In this document: piece after piece, positions 52,901 through 64,000 of the stretch
Layout of the letters: every line of letters begins with the position of its first letter
Numbering within the stretch: position 1 is the first letter of the stretch
From: Balanoglossus misakiensis
Lineage: Eukaryota > Animalia > Hemichordata
Assembly (NCBI GenBank): GCA_040954595.2
Contig: CM082576.2
Coordinates: forward strand, 3,632,760-3,696,759
DNA: 64,000 nucleotides
Direction: 5' to 3'
Program-made: the position numbers and the translations under genes
Notes under the pieces: model-generated
What the model saw: the letters and a program-made list of their open reading frames with translations, nothing else
What the model was told of the DNA's origin: nothing
Databases searched by the model: none

Positions 52901-55900
52901 ATTGACCTTGACCACTGTAGCAAGTTTGAGAACTGTACCTGCAGCGGTGTCTGAGATCTAGAGCGCGAAAGAAGTGAACCAAGAATAAAGAAAGAATTAA
53001 AGCTGCAAGCAGCATTGTCCGGGCCCAAGCTCTATTATCTGATCTGATTATTAGATATGCACATAATTAATGAGTAGAAACATAATGCTGTGTTTTATCC
53101 CATGAAATATCAAGATTATATCTATGTTTAGTGCTGATATAGTGTTAAGTAGGTCAGAGGTCACCCACAGTTTGGGCAGAAAATTTTGACCCATAGTGGT
53201 CCATGTCCAACAAAATCCAGACCTCTAACCCTTTTGGTTAGCCCGGAATTAGGTATGCACATAAATAATGAGTTAAGCAGGTGTCACAGGTGACCCAAAA
53301 CTTTGGCTTTTCATTATGGCCCCATACCTCCAAACGCCAAGGCTGTATCTGCTGTGGATGCTGAGATTTGCGAAATTAGGTCAAAGGTCACCAGAGGTCA
53401 CCCAAAATTTGGGTAAAAAATTTTGACCCTATACTTGTCCTGTCCAACAAAAACAAAACCTCTAGGTCTATTGGTTCATCTGTAATTAGGTATGCGCATA
53501 TTTAATGAGGTCAGCAGAGGTCAAAGGGGTCATGAAAAGTACCAAAATTTTTTGATCACATACAAATCCACATACATCAAAAACCAAACTTATAGCCCTA
53601 TTGGTTAGCCTGGAATTAGATATGCAGAAAAATGATGCGTCAAAAGTAGGTCAAAGGTCATTGCCAAAATTACCAAAATATTTATAGCTTATTCTTGGCA
53701 TATGATGATTCATATCCATAAAAAGAATTTCTGTGCTATCAATTTTTAGGCTAGAAAGGGAATTTTTTCTTTTTAATCGTTTTTCACAAAATCCAATATG
53801 GCCGCCATAATCTTCGACCAATCACATTCCCCTTCGCAAACTTGTTAGACATCTGTTTAATGACCACACACACCAAATCTTGTGACTCGGTTATCGCCGG
53901 TTCTTGAGAAGAAGATTTTTGAAATTTTACTAGGGTTTTTCGAAAATCCAATATGGCCGCCGTAATCTTCGACCAATCACAATGATCTTCGCAAACTTGA
54001 TAGACATCAGTTAGGTGACCACATACCCTAAACCCCGTGTCTCGGTTATCACCGGTTCTGGAGAAGAAGATTTTTGAAATTTAAGCCAGATTTCAGAAAA
54101 AAAATTGTAGCAAAAAAACTGCAACTTTGTCAGCATAATTTCCAATTACAAAAATGATTGACAGAAGGTAGTCTACCTGCACGCCAAATTTGAAGTCGAT
54201 CTGACTTGTAGTTTCTGAGATCTGAGATTTGCATTTTTTCAGAAAATCCAATATGGCCGCCAGGTCACGTGACTAATTAAAAATTCATGGGTTCAATGCA
54301 CGACTACTCATTGACCTTGACCACTGTAGCAAGTTTGAAAACTGTACCTGCAGCGGTGTCTGAGATCTAGAGCGCGAAAGAAGTGAACCAAGAATAAAGA
54401 AAGAATTAAAGCTGCAAGCAGCATTGTCCGGGCCCAAGCTCTATTATCTGATCTGATTATTAGATATGCACATAATTAATGAGTAGAAACATAATGCTGT
54501 GTTTTATCCCATGAAATATCAAGATTATATCTATGTTTAGTGCTGATATAGTGTTAAGTAGGTCAGAGGTCACCCACAGTTTGGGCAGAAAATTTTGACC
54601 CATAGTGGTCCATGTCCAACAAAATCCAGACCTCTAACCCTTTTGGTTAGCCCGGAATTAGGTATGCACATAAATAATGAGTTAAGCAGGTGTCACAGGT
54701 GACCCAAAACTTTGGCTTTTCATTATGGCCCCATACCTCCAAACGCCAAGGCTGTATCTGCTGTGGATGCTGAGATTTGCGAAATTAGGTCAAAGGTCAC
54801 CAGAGGTCACCCAAAATTTGGGTAAAAAATTTTGACCCTATACTTGTCCTGTCCAACAAAAACAAAACCTCTAGGTCTATTGGTTCATCTGTAATTAGGT
54901 ATGCGCATATTTAATGAGGTCAGCAGAGGTCAAAGGGGTCATGAAAAGTACCAAAATTTTTTGATCACATACAAATCCACATACATCAAAAACCAAACTT
55001 ATAGCCCTATTGGTTAGCCTGGAATTAGATATGCAGAAAAATGATGCGTCAAAAGTAGGTCAAAGGTCATTGCCAAAATTACCAAAATATTTATAGCTTA
55101 TTCTTGGCATATGATGATTCATATCCATAAAAAGAATTTCTGTGCTATCAATTTTTAGGCTAGAAAGGGAATTTTTTCTTTTTAATCGTTTTTCACAAAA
55201 TCCAATATGGCCGCCATAATCTTCGACCAATCACATTCCCCTTCGCAAACTTGTTAGACATCTGTTTAATGACCACACACACCAAATCTTGTGACTCGGT
55301 TATCGCCGGTTCTTGAGAAGAAGATTTTTGAAATTTTACTAGGGTTTTTCGAAAATCCAATATGGCCGCCGTAATCTTCGACCAATCACAATGATCTTCG
55401 CAAACTTGATAGACATCAGTTAGGTGACCACATACCCTAAACCCCGTGTCTCGGTTATCACCGGTTCTGGAGAAGAAGATTTTTGAAATTTAAGCCAGAT
55501 TTCAGAAAAAAAATTGTAGCAAAAAAACTGCAACTTTGTCAGCATAATTTCCAATTACAAAAATGATTGACAGAAGGTAGTCTACCTGCACGCCAAATTT
55601 GAAGTCGATCTGACTTGTAGTTTCTGAGATCTGAGATTTGCATTTTTTCAGAAAATCCAATATGGCCGCCAGGTCACGTGACTAATTAAAAATTCATGGG
55701 TTCAATGCACGACTACTCATTGACCTTGACCACTGTAGCAAGTTTGAAAACTGTACCTGCAGTGGTGTCTGAGATCTAGAGCGACAAAGAATTGACATAA
55801 GAATAAAGAAAGAAAGAAAGAATTAAAGCTGCAAGCAGCATTGTCCGGGCCCAAGCTCTATTATCTGATCTGATTATTAGATATGCACATAATTAATGAG

Positions 55901-58900
55901 TAGAAACATAATGCTGTGTTTTATCCCATGAAATATCAAGTTTATATCTATGTTTGGTGTTGATATAGTGTTAAGTAGGTCAAAGGTCACCCAGAGGTCA
56001 CCCACAATTTGGGCAGAAAATTTTGACCCATAGTGGTCCATGTTCAACAAAAACCAGATCTCTAGCCCTTTTGGTTAGCCCGTAATTAGGTATGCACATA
56101 AATAATGAGTTAAGCAGGTGTCACAGGTGACCAAAAACTTTGGCTTTTCATTATGGCCCCATACCTCCAAACGCCAAGGCTGTATCTGCTGTGGATGTCA
56201 AGATATGGAAAAGTAGGTCAAAGGTCACCCGAGGTCACCCAACATTTGGGCAAAATATTTTGACCCCATAGTGGTCCATGTATAACAAAAACAAAATCTC
56301 TAGGTCTATTGGTTCATCTGTAATTAGGTATGTGCATATTTAATGAGGTCAGCAGAGGTCAAAGGGGTCATGAAAAGTATCAAAATTTTTTGATCACATA
56401 CAAATCCACATACATCAAAAACCAAACTTATAGCCCTATTGGTTAGCCTGGAATTAGATATGCAGAAAAAGGATGCGTCAAAAGTAGGTCAAAGGTCATT
56501 GTCAAAATTACCAACATATTTATAGCTTATTCTTGTCATATGATGATTCATATCCTTAAAAAGAATTTATGTGCTATCAATTTTTAGGCCAGAAAGGGAA
56601 TTTTTACTTTTTAATGGTTTTTCACAAAATCCAATATGGCCGCCATAATCTTCGACCAATCACATTCTTCTTAGCAAACTTGATAGACATCTTTTTAATG
56701 ACCACACACACCAAATCTTGTGACTCGGTTATCGCCGGTTCTTGAGAAGAAGATTTTTGAAATTTTACTAGGGTTTTTCGAAAATTCAATATGGCCGCCA
56801 TAATCTTCGACCAATCACAATGATCTTCGCAAACTTGATAGACATCAGTTAGGTGACCACATACACCAAACCCTGTGTCTCGGTTATCACCGGTTCTGGA
56901 GAAGAAGATCTTTGAAATTTAAGCCAGATTTCAGAAAAAAAATTGTAGCAAAAAACTGCAACTTTGTCAGCATAATTTCCAATTACAAAAATGATGGGCA
57001 GAAGGTAGTCTACCAGCATGCCAAATTTGAAGTCGATCTGACTTGTAGTTTCTGAGATCTGAGATTTGCATTTTTTCAGAAAATCCAAGATGGCCGCCAG
57101 GTCACGTGACTAATTAAAAATTCAAGGGTTCAATGCACGACTACTCATTGACCTTGACCACTGTAGCAAGTTTCAGAAGTGTACCTGCAGCGGTGTCTGA
57201 GATCTCGTGGGTCAAAGAATTGACACAAGAATAAAGAAAGAAAGAAAGAAAGTAAAATTCCAACGAAACCAATACGGGCCCAAGCCTGGCTTGGCTTGGG
57301 CCCGTAATTAAAGCTGCAAGCAGCATTGTCCGGGCCCAAGCTCTATTATCTGATCTGATTATTAGATATGCACATAATTAATGAGTAGAAACATAATGCT
57401 GTGTTTTATCCCATGAAATATCAAGGTTATATCTATGTTTGGTGTTGATATAGTGTTAAGCAGGTCAAAGGTCACCCAGAGGTCACCCACAATTTGGGCA
57501 GAAAATTGTGACCCATAGTGGTCCATGTCCAACAAAAACCAGACCTCTAGCCCTTTTGGTTAGCCCGGAATTAGGTATGCACATAAATAATGAGTCAAGC
57601 AGGTGTCACAGATGACACAAAACTTTGGCTTTTCATTATGGCCCCATACCTCCAAACGCCAAGGCTGTACCTGCTTTGGATGCCGAGATATGCAAAAGTA
57701 GGTCAAAGGTCATCTGAGGTCATCCAAAATTTGGGCAGAAAATTTTGACCCATAGTGGTCCATGTCCAACAAAAACCAGACCTCCAGCCCTTTTGGTTAG
57801 CCCGGAATTAGGTATGCACATAATTAATGAGTCAAGCAGGTGTCACAGGTGACCCAAAACTTTGGCTTTTCATTATGGCCCCATACCTCCAAACGCCAAG
57901 GCTGTATCTGCTGTGGATGTCGAGATATGCAAAAGTAGGTCAAAGGTCACCCGAGGTCATCCAACATTTGGGCAAAATATTTTGACCCCATACTGATCCA
58001 TGTCCAAAAAAAAAAAAACCTCTAGGTCATTTGGTTCATCTGTAATTAGGTATGTGCATATTTAATGAGGTCAGCAGAGGTCAAAGGGGTCATGAAAAGT
58101 AGCAAAAATTTTTGATCACATACAAAACCAAATACATCAAAAACCAAACTTATAGCCCTATTGGTTAGCCTGGAATTAGATATGCAGAAAAATGATGCGT
58201 CAAAAGTAGGTCAAAGGTCATTGCCAAAATTACCAAAATATTTATAGCTTATTCTTGTCATATGATGATTCATATCCATAAAAAGAATTTCTGTGCTATC
58301 AATTTTTAGGCTAGAAACGGAATTTTTACTTTTTAATCGTTGTTCACAAAATCCAATATGGCCGCCAAAATCTTCGACCAATCACAATGATCTTCGCAAA
58401 CTTGATAGACATCAGTGTAGTGACCATACTCCCCAAATCTTGTGACTCGGTTATCGCTGGTTCTTGAGAAGAAGATTTTTGAAATTTTACTAGGGTTTTT
58501 CGAAAATCCAATATGGCCGCCATAATCTTCGACCAATCACAATGATCTTCGCAAACTTGATAGACCTCAGTTTGGTGACCACATACCCCAAACCCAGTGT
58601 CTCGGTTATCACCGGTTCTGGAGAAGAAGATTTTTGAAATTTAAGCCAGATTTCAGAAAAAAAATTGTAGCAAAAAAACTGCAACTTTTTCAGCATAATT
58701 TCCAATTACAAAAATGATAAGCAGAAGGTAGTCTACCTGCACGCCAAATTTGAAGTCGATCTGACTTGTAGTTTCTGAGATCTGAGATTTGCATATTTTC
58801 AGAAAATCCAAGATGGCAGCCAGGTCATGTGACTAATTAGAAATTCAAGGGTTCAATGCACGACTACTCATTGACCTTGACCACTGTAGCAAGTTTCAGA

Positions 58901-61900
58901 AGTGTACCTGCAGTGGTGTCTGAGATCTAGAGCGACAAAGAATTGACACAAGAATAAAGAAAGAAGAAAGAAAGAAAGAATTAAAGCTGCAAGCAGCATT
59001 GTCCGGGCCCAAGCTCTATTATCTGATCTGATTATTAACTATGCACATAATTAATGAGTAGAAACATAATGCTGTGTTTTATCCCATTAAATATCAAGTT
59101 TATATCTATGTTTGGTGTTGATATAGTGTTAAGTAGGTCAAATGTCACCCAGAGGTAACCCACAATTTGGGCAGAAAATTTTGACCCATAGTGGTCCATG
59201 TCCAACAAAAACCAGATCTCTAGCCCTTTTGGTTAGCCCGGAATTAGGTATGCACATAAATAATGAGTTAAGCAGGTGTCACAGGTGACCAAAAACTTTG
59301 GCTTTTCATTATGGCCCCATACCTCCAAACGCCAAGGCTGTATCTGCTGTGGATGTCAAGATATGCAAAAGTAGGTCAAAGGTCACCCGAGGTCACCCAA
59401 CATTTGGGCAAAATATTTTGACCCCATATTGGTCCATGTATAACAAAAACAAAATCTCTATGTCTATTGGTTCATCTGTAATTAGGTATGTGCATATTTA
59501 ATGAGGTCAGCAGAGGTCAAAGGGGTCATGAAAAGTATCAAATTTTTTTGATCACATACAAATCCACATACATCAAAAACCAAACTAATAGCCCTATTGG
59601 TTAGCCTGGAATTAGATATGCAGAACAATGATGCGTCAAAAGTAGGTCAAAGGTCATTGCCAAAATTACCAAAATATTTACAGCTTATTATTGTCATATG
59701 ATGATTCATATCCTTAAAAAGAATTTCTGTGCTATCAATTTTTAGGCAAGAAAGGGAATTTTTACTTTTTAATCGTTTTTCACAACATCCAATATGGCCG
59801 CCATAATATTCGACCAATCACATTCCTCTTAGCAAACAAGATAGACATCTGTTTAATGACCACACACACCAAATCTTGTGACTCGGTTATTGCCGGTTCT
59901 TGAGAAGAAGATTTTTGAAATTTTACTAGGGTTTTTCGAAAATCCAATATGGCCGCCAAAATCTTCGACCAATCACAATGATCTTCGCAAACTTGATAGA
60001 CATCAGGTAGGTGACCACATACACCAAACCCTGTGTCTCGGTTATTGCCGGTTCTGGAGAAGAAGATTTTTGAAATTTAAGCCAGATTTCAGAAAAAAAA
60101 TTGTAGCAAAAAACTGCAACTTTGTCAGCATAATTTCCAATTACAAAAATGATGGGCAGAAGGTAGTCTACCAGCATGCCAAATTTGAAGTCGATCTGAC
60201 TTGTAGTTTCTGAGATCTGAGATTTGCATTTTTTTAGAAAATCCAAGATGGCTGCCAGGTCACGTGACTAATTAAAAATTCAAGGGTTCAATGCACGACT
60301 ACTCATTGACCTTGACCACTGTAGCAAGTTTCAGAAGTGTACCTGCAGCGGTGTCTGAGATCTCGTGGGTCAAAGAATTGACACAAGAATAAAGAAAGAA
60401 ATTAAAGCTGCAAGCAGCATTGTCCGGGCCCAAGCTCTATTATCTGATCTGATTATTAGATATGCACATAATTAATGAATACAAACATAATGCTGTGTTT
60501 TATCCCAAGAAATATCAAGGTTATATCTATGTTTGGTGCTGATATAGTGTTAAGTAGGTCAAAGGTCACCCAGGGGTCACCCACAATTTGGGGAGAATAT
60601 TTTGACCCATAGTGGTCCATGTCCAACAAAAACCAGACCTCTAGCCCTTTTGGTTAGCCCGGAATTAGGTATGCACATAAATAATGAGTTAAGCAGGTGT
60701 CACAGGTGACCCAAAACTTTGGCTTTTCATTATGGCCCCATATCTCCAAATGCCAAGGCTGTACCTGCTTTGGATGCCGAGATAAGCAAAAGTAGGTCAA
60801 AGGTCATCTGAGGTCACCCAAAATTTGGGCAGAAAATGTTTACCCATAGTGGTCCATGTCCAATAAAAACTAGACCTCTAGCTCTATTGGTTCGCCTGTA
60901 ATTAGTTATGCACATAATTAATGAGGTCAGCTGAGGTCACAGGTGACCCAAAACTTTGGCTTTTCATTATGGCCCCATATCTCCAAATGCCAAGGCTGTA
61001 CCTGCTTTGGATGCCGAGATATGCAAAAGTAGGTCAAAGGTCACCGGAGGTCACCCAACATTTGGGCAAAACATTTTGACCCCATACTGATCCATGTCCA
61101 AGAAAACCCAAACCTTTAGGTCTATTGGTTAATCTGTAATTAGGTATGCGCATATTTAATGAGGTCACCAGAGGTCAAAGGGGTCATGAAAAGTAGCAAA
61201 ATTTTTTGATCACATACAAATCCACATACATCAAAAACCAAACTTATAGCCCTATTGGTGAGCCTGGAATTAGATATGCAGAAAAATGATGCGTCAAAAG
61301 TAGGTCAAAGGTCATTGCCAAAATTACCAAAATATTTATAGCTTATTCTTTTCATATGATGATTCATATCCATAAAAAGAATTTCTGTGCTATCAATTTT
61401 TAGGCTAGAAAAGGAATTTTTACTTTTTAATCGTTTTTCACAAAATCCAATATGGCCGCCATAATCTTCGACCAATCACATTCCCCTTCGCAAACTTGAT
61501 AGACATCTGTTTAATGACCACACACACCAAATCTTGTGACTCGGTTATCGCCCGTTCTTGAGAAGAAGATTTTTGAAGTTTTACTATGGTTTTTCGAAAA
61601 TCCAATATGGCCGCCATAATCTTCGACCAATCACAATGATCTTCGCAAACTTGATAGACATCAGTTAGGTGACCACATACCCCAAACCGCGTGACTCAGT
61701 TATCACCGGTTCTGGAGAAGAAGATTTTTGAAATTTAAGCCAGATTTCAGAAAAAAAATTGTAGCAAAAAAACTGCAACATTTACAGCAAAATATCCAAT
61801 TACAAAAATGATGGGTAGAAGGTAGACTACCTGCACACCAAATTTGAAGTCGATCTGACTTGTAGTTTCTGAGATCTGAGATTTGCATTTTTTCAGAAAA

Positions 61901-63959
61901 TCCAATATGGCCGCCAGGTCACGTGACTAATTAAAAATTCAAGGGTTCAATGCACGACTACTCATTGACCTTGACCACTGTAGCAAGTTTCAGAAGTGTA
62001 CCTGCAGCGGTGTCTGAGATCTAGAGCGACAAAGAATTGACAGAAGAATAAAGAAAGAAAGAAAGAAAGAAAGATTAAAGCTGCAAGCAGCATTGTCCGG
62101 GCCCAAGCTTTATTATCTGATCTGATATTAGATATGCACATAATTAATGAGAAGAAACATAATGCTGTGTTTATCCCATGAAATATCAAGGTTATATCTA
62201 TGTTTTGTGCTGATATAGTGTTAAGTAGGTCAAAGGTCACCCAGAGGTCACCCACAATTTGGGCAGAAAATTTTGACCCATAGTGGTCCATGTCCAACAA
62301 AAACCAGACCTCTAGGCCTTTTGGTTAGCACAGAATTAGGTATGCACATAAATAATGAGTTGAGCAGGGGTAACAGGTGACGCAAAACTTTGGCTTTTCA
62401 TTATGGCCCCATACCTCCAAACGCCAAGGCTGTATCTGCTGTGGATGTCGAGATATGCAAAAGTAGGTCAAAGGTCACCCGAGGTCATCCAAAATTTGGG
62501 CAAAATATTTTGACCCCATACTGATCCATGTCCAAAAAAAAAAACCTCTAGGTCATTTGGTTCATCTGTAATTAGGTATGCGCATATTTAATGAGGTCAG
62601 CAGAGGTCAAAGGGGTCATGAAAAGTAGCAAAAATTTTTGATCACATACAAAACCACATACATCAAAAACCAAACTTATAGCCCTATTGGTTAGCCTGGA
62701 ATTAGATATGCAGAAAAATGATGCGTCAAAAGTAGGTCAAAGGTCATTGCCAAAATTACCAAAATATTTATAGCTTATTCTTGTCATATGATGATTCATA
62801 TCCATAAAAAGAATTTCTGTGCTATCAATTTTTAGGCTAGAAACGGAATTTTTACTTTTTAATCGTTGTTCACAAAATCCAATATGGCCGCCAAAATCTT
62901 CGACCAATCATAATGATCTTAGCAAACTTGATAGACATCAGTGTAGTGACCATACTCCCCAAATCTTGTGACTCGGTTATCGCTGGTTCTTGAGAAGAAG
63001 ATTTTTGAAATTTTACTAGGGTTTTTCCAAAATCCAATATGGCCGCCATAATCTTCGACCAATCACAATGATCTTCGCAAACTTGATAGACCTCAGTTTG
63101 GTGACCACATACCCCAAACCCAGTGTCTCGGTTATCACCGGTTCTGGAGAAGAAGATTTTTGAAATTTAAGCCAGATTTCAGAAAAAAAATTGTAGCAAA
63201 AAAACTGCAACTTTGTCAGCATAATTTCCAATTACAGAAATGATGGGCAGAAGGTAGTCTACCTGCACGCCAAATTTGAAGTCGATCTGACTTGTAGTTT
63301 CTGAGATCTGAGATTTGCATATTTTCAGAAAATCCAAGATGGCTGCCAGGTCATGTGACTAATTAGAAATTCAAGGGTTCAATGCACGACTACTCATTGA
63401 CCTTGACCACTGTAGCAAGTTTCAGAAGTGTACCTGCAGTGGTGTCTGAGATCTAGAGCGACAAAGAATTGACACAAGAATAAAGAAAGAAAGAAAGAAG
63501 AAAGAAAAACCCCAACGAAACCAATAGGGCCCAAGCGCTGGCTTGCGCTTGGGCCCTAAAAAACCCCAACGAAACCAATAGGGCCCAAGCGCTGGTATGC
63601 GCTTGGGCCCTAAAGACTGAAAAATACCAACGAAACCAATAGGGCCCAAGCCTGGCTTGGCTTGGGCCCTAAAGAAAGAAAAACCCCAACGAAACCAATA
63701 CGGGCCCAAGCCTGGCTTGGCTTGGGCCCGTAACAAACAAACATCTGACTGGTGCTGTACCTCGTATATCCTTGCAATGCCAGTCAGAAGGCTGATCTCA
63801 CTAGGGAATTTCTCCAGCGCCTGCTTGTAGATCTCCACGGCCGTTAGGGGCTGATCAAGCCTGGTGTAGACTTTACACAGATACAGGAAGGTGTCCACCA
63901 TCTCTTGCTGTTTCATGGCAGACTTGAACTGCTGTTCTGCTTCTCTGTAGAGCCCCAAC
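49954..63959 (-). CDS. TTC8: Tetratricopeptide repeat protein 8 (BBS8), last six exons; 5' part lies beyond the window
   Basis: Exons (minus): 63959-63761, 51413-51274, 51078-50904, 50633-50511, 50304-50221, 50070-49954. LGLYREAEQQFKSA, LYLCKVYTRLDQP, HVEAIACIATNYFYSDQPEIALRFYRRLLQMGV, LFNNLGLCCFYAQQYDM, HAEAYNNLGVLE. Confidence 0.96.
51898..63733 (-). mobile_element. Array of non-autonomous Helentron-associated (HINE/DINE-1-like) elements inside a TTC8 intron: 8 bodies of 1.1-1.7 kb and 5 hairpin 5' ends
   Basis: Unit boundary ATTAAAGCTGCAAGCAGCATTGTCCGGGCCCAAGC near 51898, 52995, 54404, 55821, 57306, 58979, 60400 and 62073. On the minus strand: 5' TT plus hairpin containing GGGCCCAAGC, (CTTT)n microsatellite, internal subrepeats, 3' inverted copy GCTTGGGCCCG, short hairpin GCTGC-TT-GCAGC, then T-rich end. 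No transposase ORF. The repeat is certain; the family call rests on terminal architecture. Confidence 0.75.
63510..63733 (-). repeat. Four stacked ~50-60 bp hairpin units (element 5' termini)
   Basis: CCAACGAAACCAATA(C)GGGCCCAAGC...GCTTGGGCCC(G)TAA at about 63510-63559, 63564-63613, 63627-63672 and 63684-63733; a fifth copy at about 57260-57307. Confidence 0.9.
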
Positions 63960-64000
63960 CTGGCCAGAAAATTAATATCATTTGAAATTATCTGTGGTCT

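Noticed and set aside
52638-63231. Short recurring ORFs inside the array (e.g. MDFLKKCKSQISE...)
   Set aside because: No transposase, helicase or RT motifs; frames are broken differently in each copy.
63510-63733. CRISPR-like look of the short palindromic repeats
   Set aside because: Eukaryotic intron, no unique spacers of regular length, no cas genes; explained as transposon termini.
63422-63760. Repetitive GPYWFRWGF extension of the BBS8 ORF
   Set aside because: Read-through past the donor at 63760 into the hairpin heads; not coding.

Overview
Intron-rich, AT-rich animal genomic DNA, most likely from an aquatic invertebrate (a SelL-type selenoprotein is present; the species cannot be fixed from the sequence). 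Exons were rebuilt by hand from GT-AG sites and reading-frame continuity. Order: last exon of a Prop/unc-42-type paired-class homeobox gene (+); two intronless uronyl-2-O-sulfotransferase-like paralogs (+); GEN1 resolvase (-); cardiolipin synthase CRLS1 (-) head-to-head with GNPNAT1 (+); NDUFAF1 (-) head-to-head with CHP1 (+); RNF8 (+); a single-coding-exon ABCC transporter (-) head-to-head with selenoprotein L (+, in-frame UxxU and a clear SECIS); and the 3' part of BBS8/TTC8 (-), one of whose introns holds an ~11.8 kb stack of Helentron/HINE-like elements. Most notable: (1) the ABCC protein has an open 1230-aa frame but both ATPase sites look degenerate; (2) GEN1 splices in frame to a linker-histone H15-like domain followed by a SIM and a PIP-degron-like motif; (3) the HINE stack looks like repeated self-insertion (four stacked, covarying 5' hairpins; non-adjacent copies most alike) rather than a plain satellite; (4) RNF8 has an extra SIM and CCHC zinc knuckle tail; (5) the two sulfotransferases share a near-identical core. 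No database search was run, so novelty is unverified.
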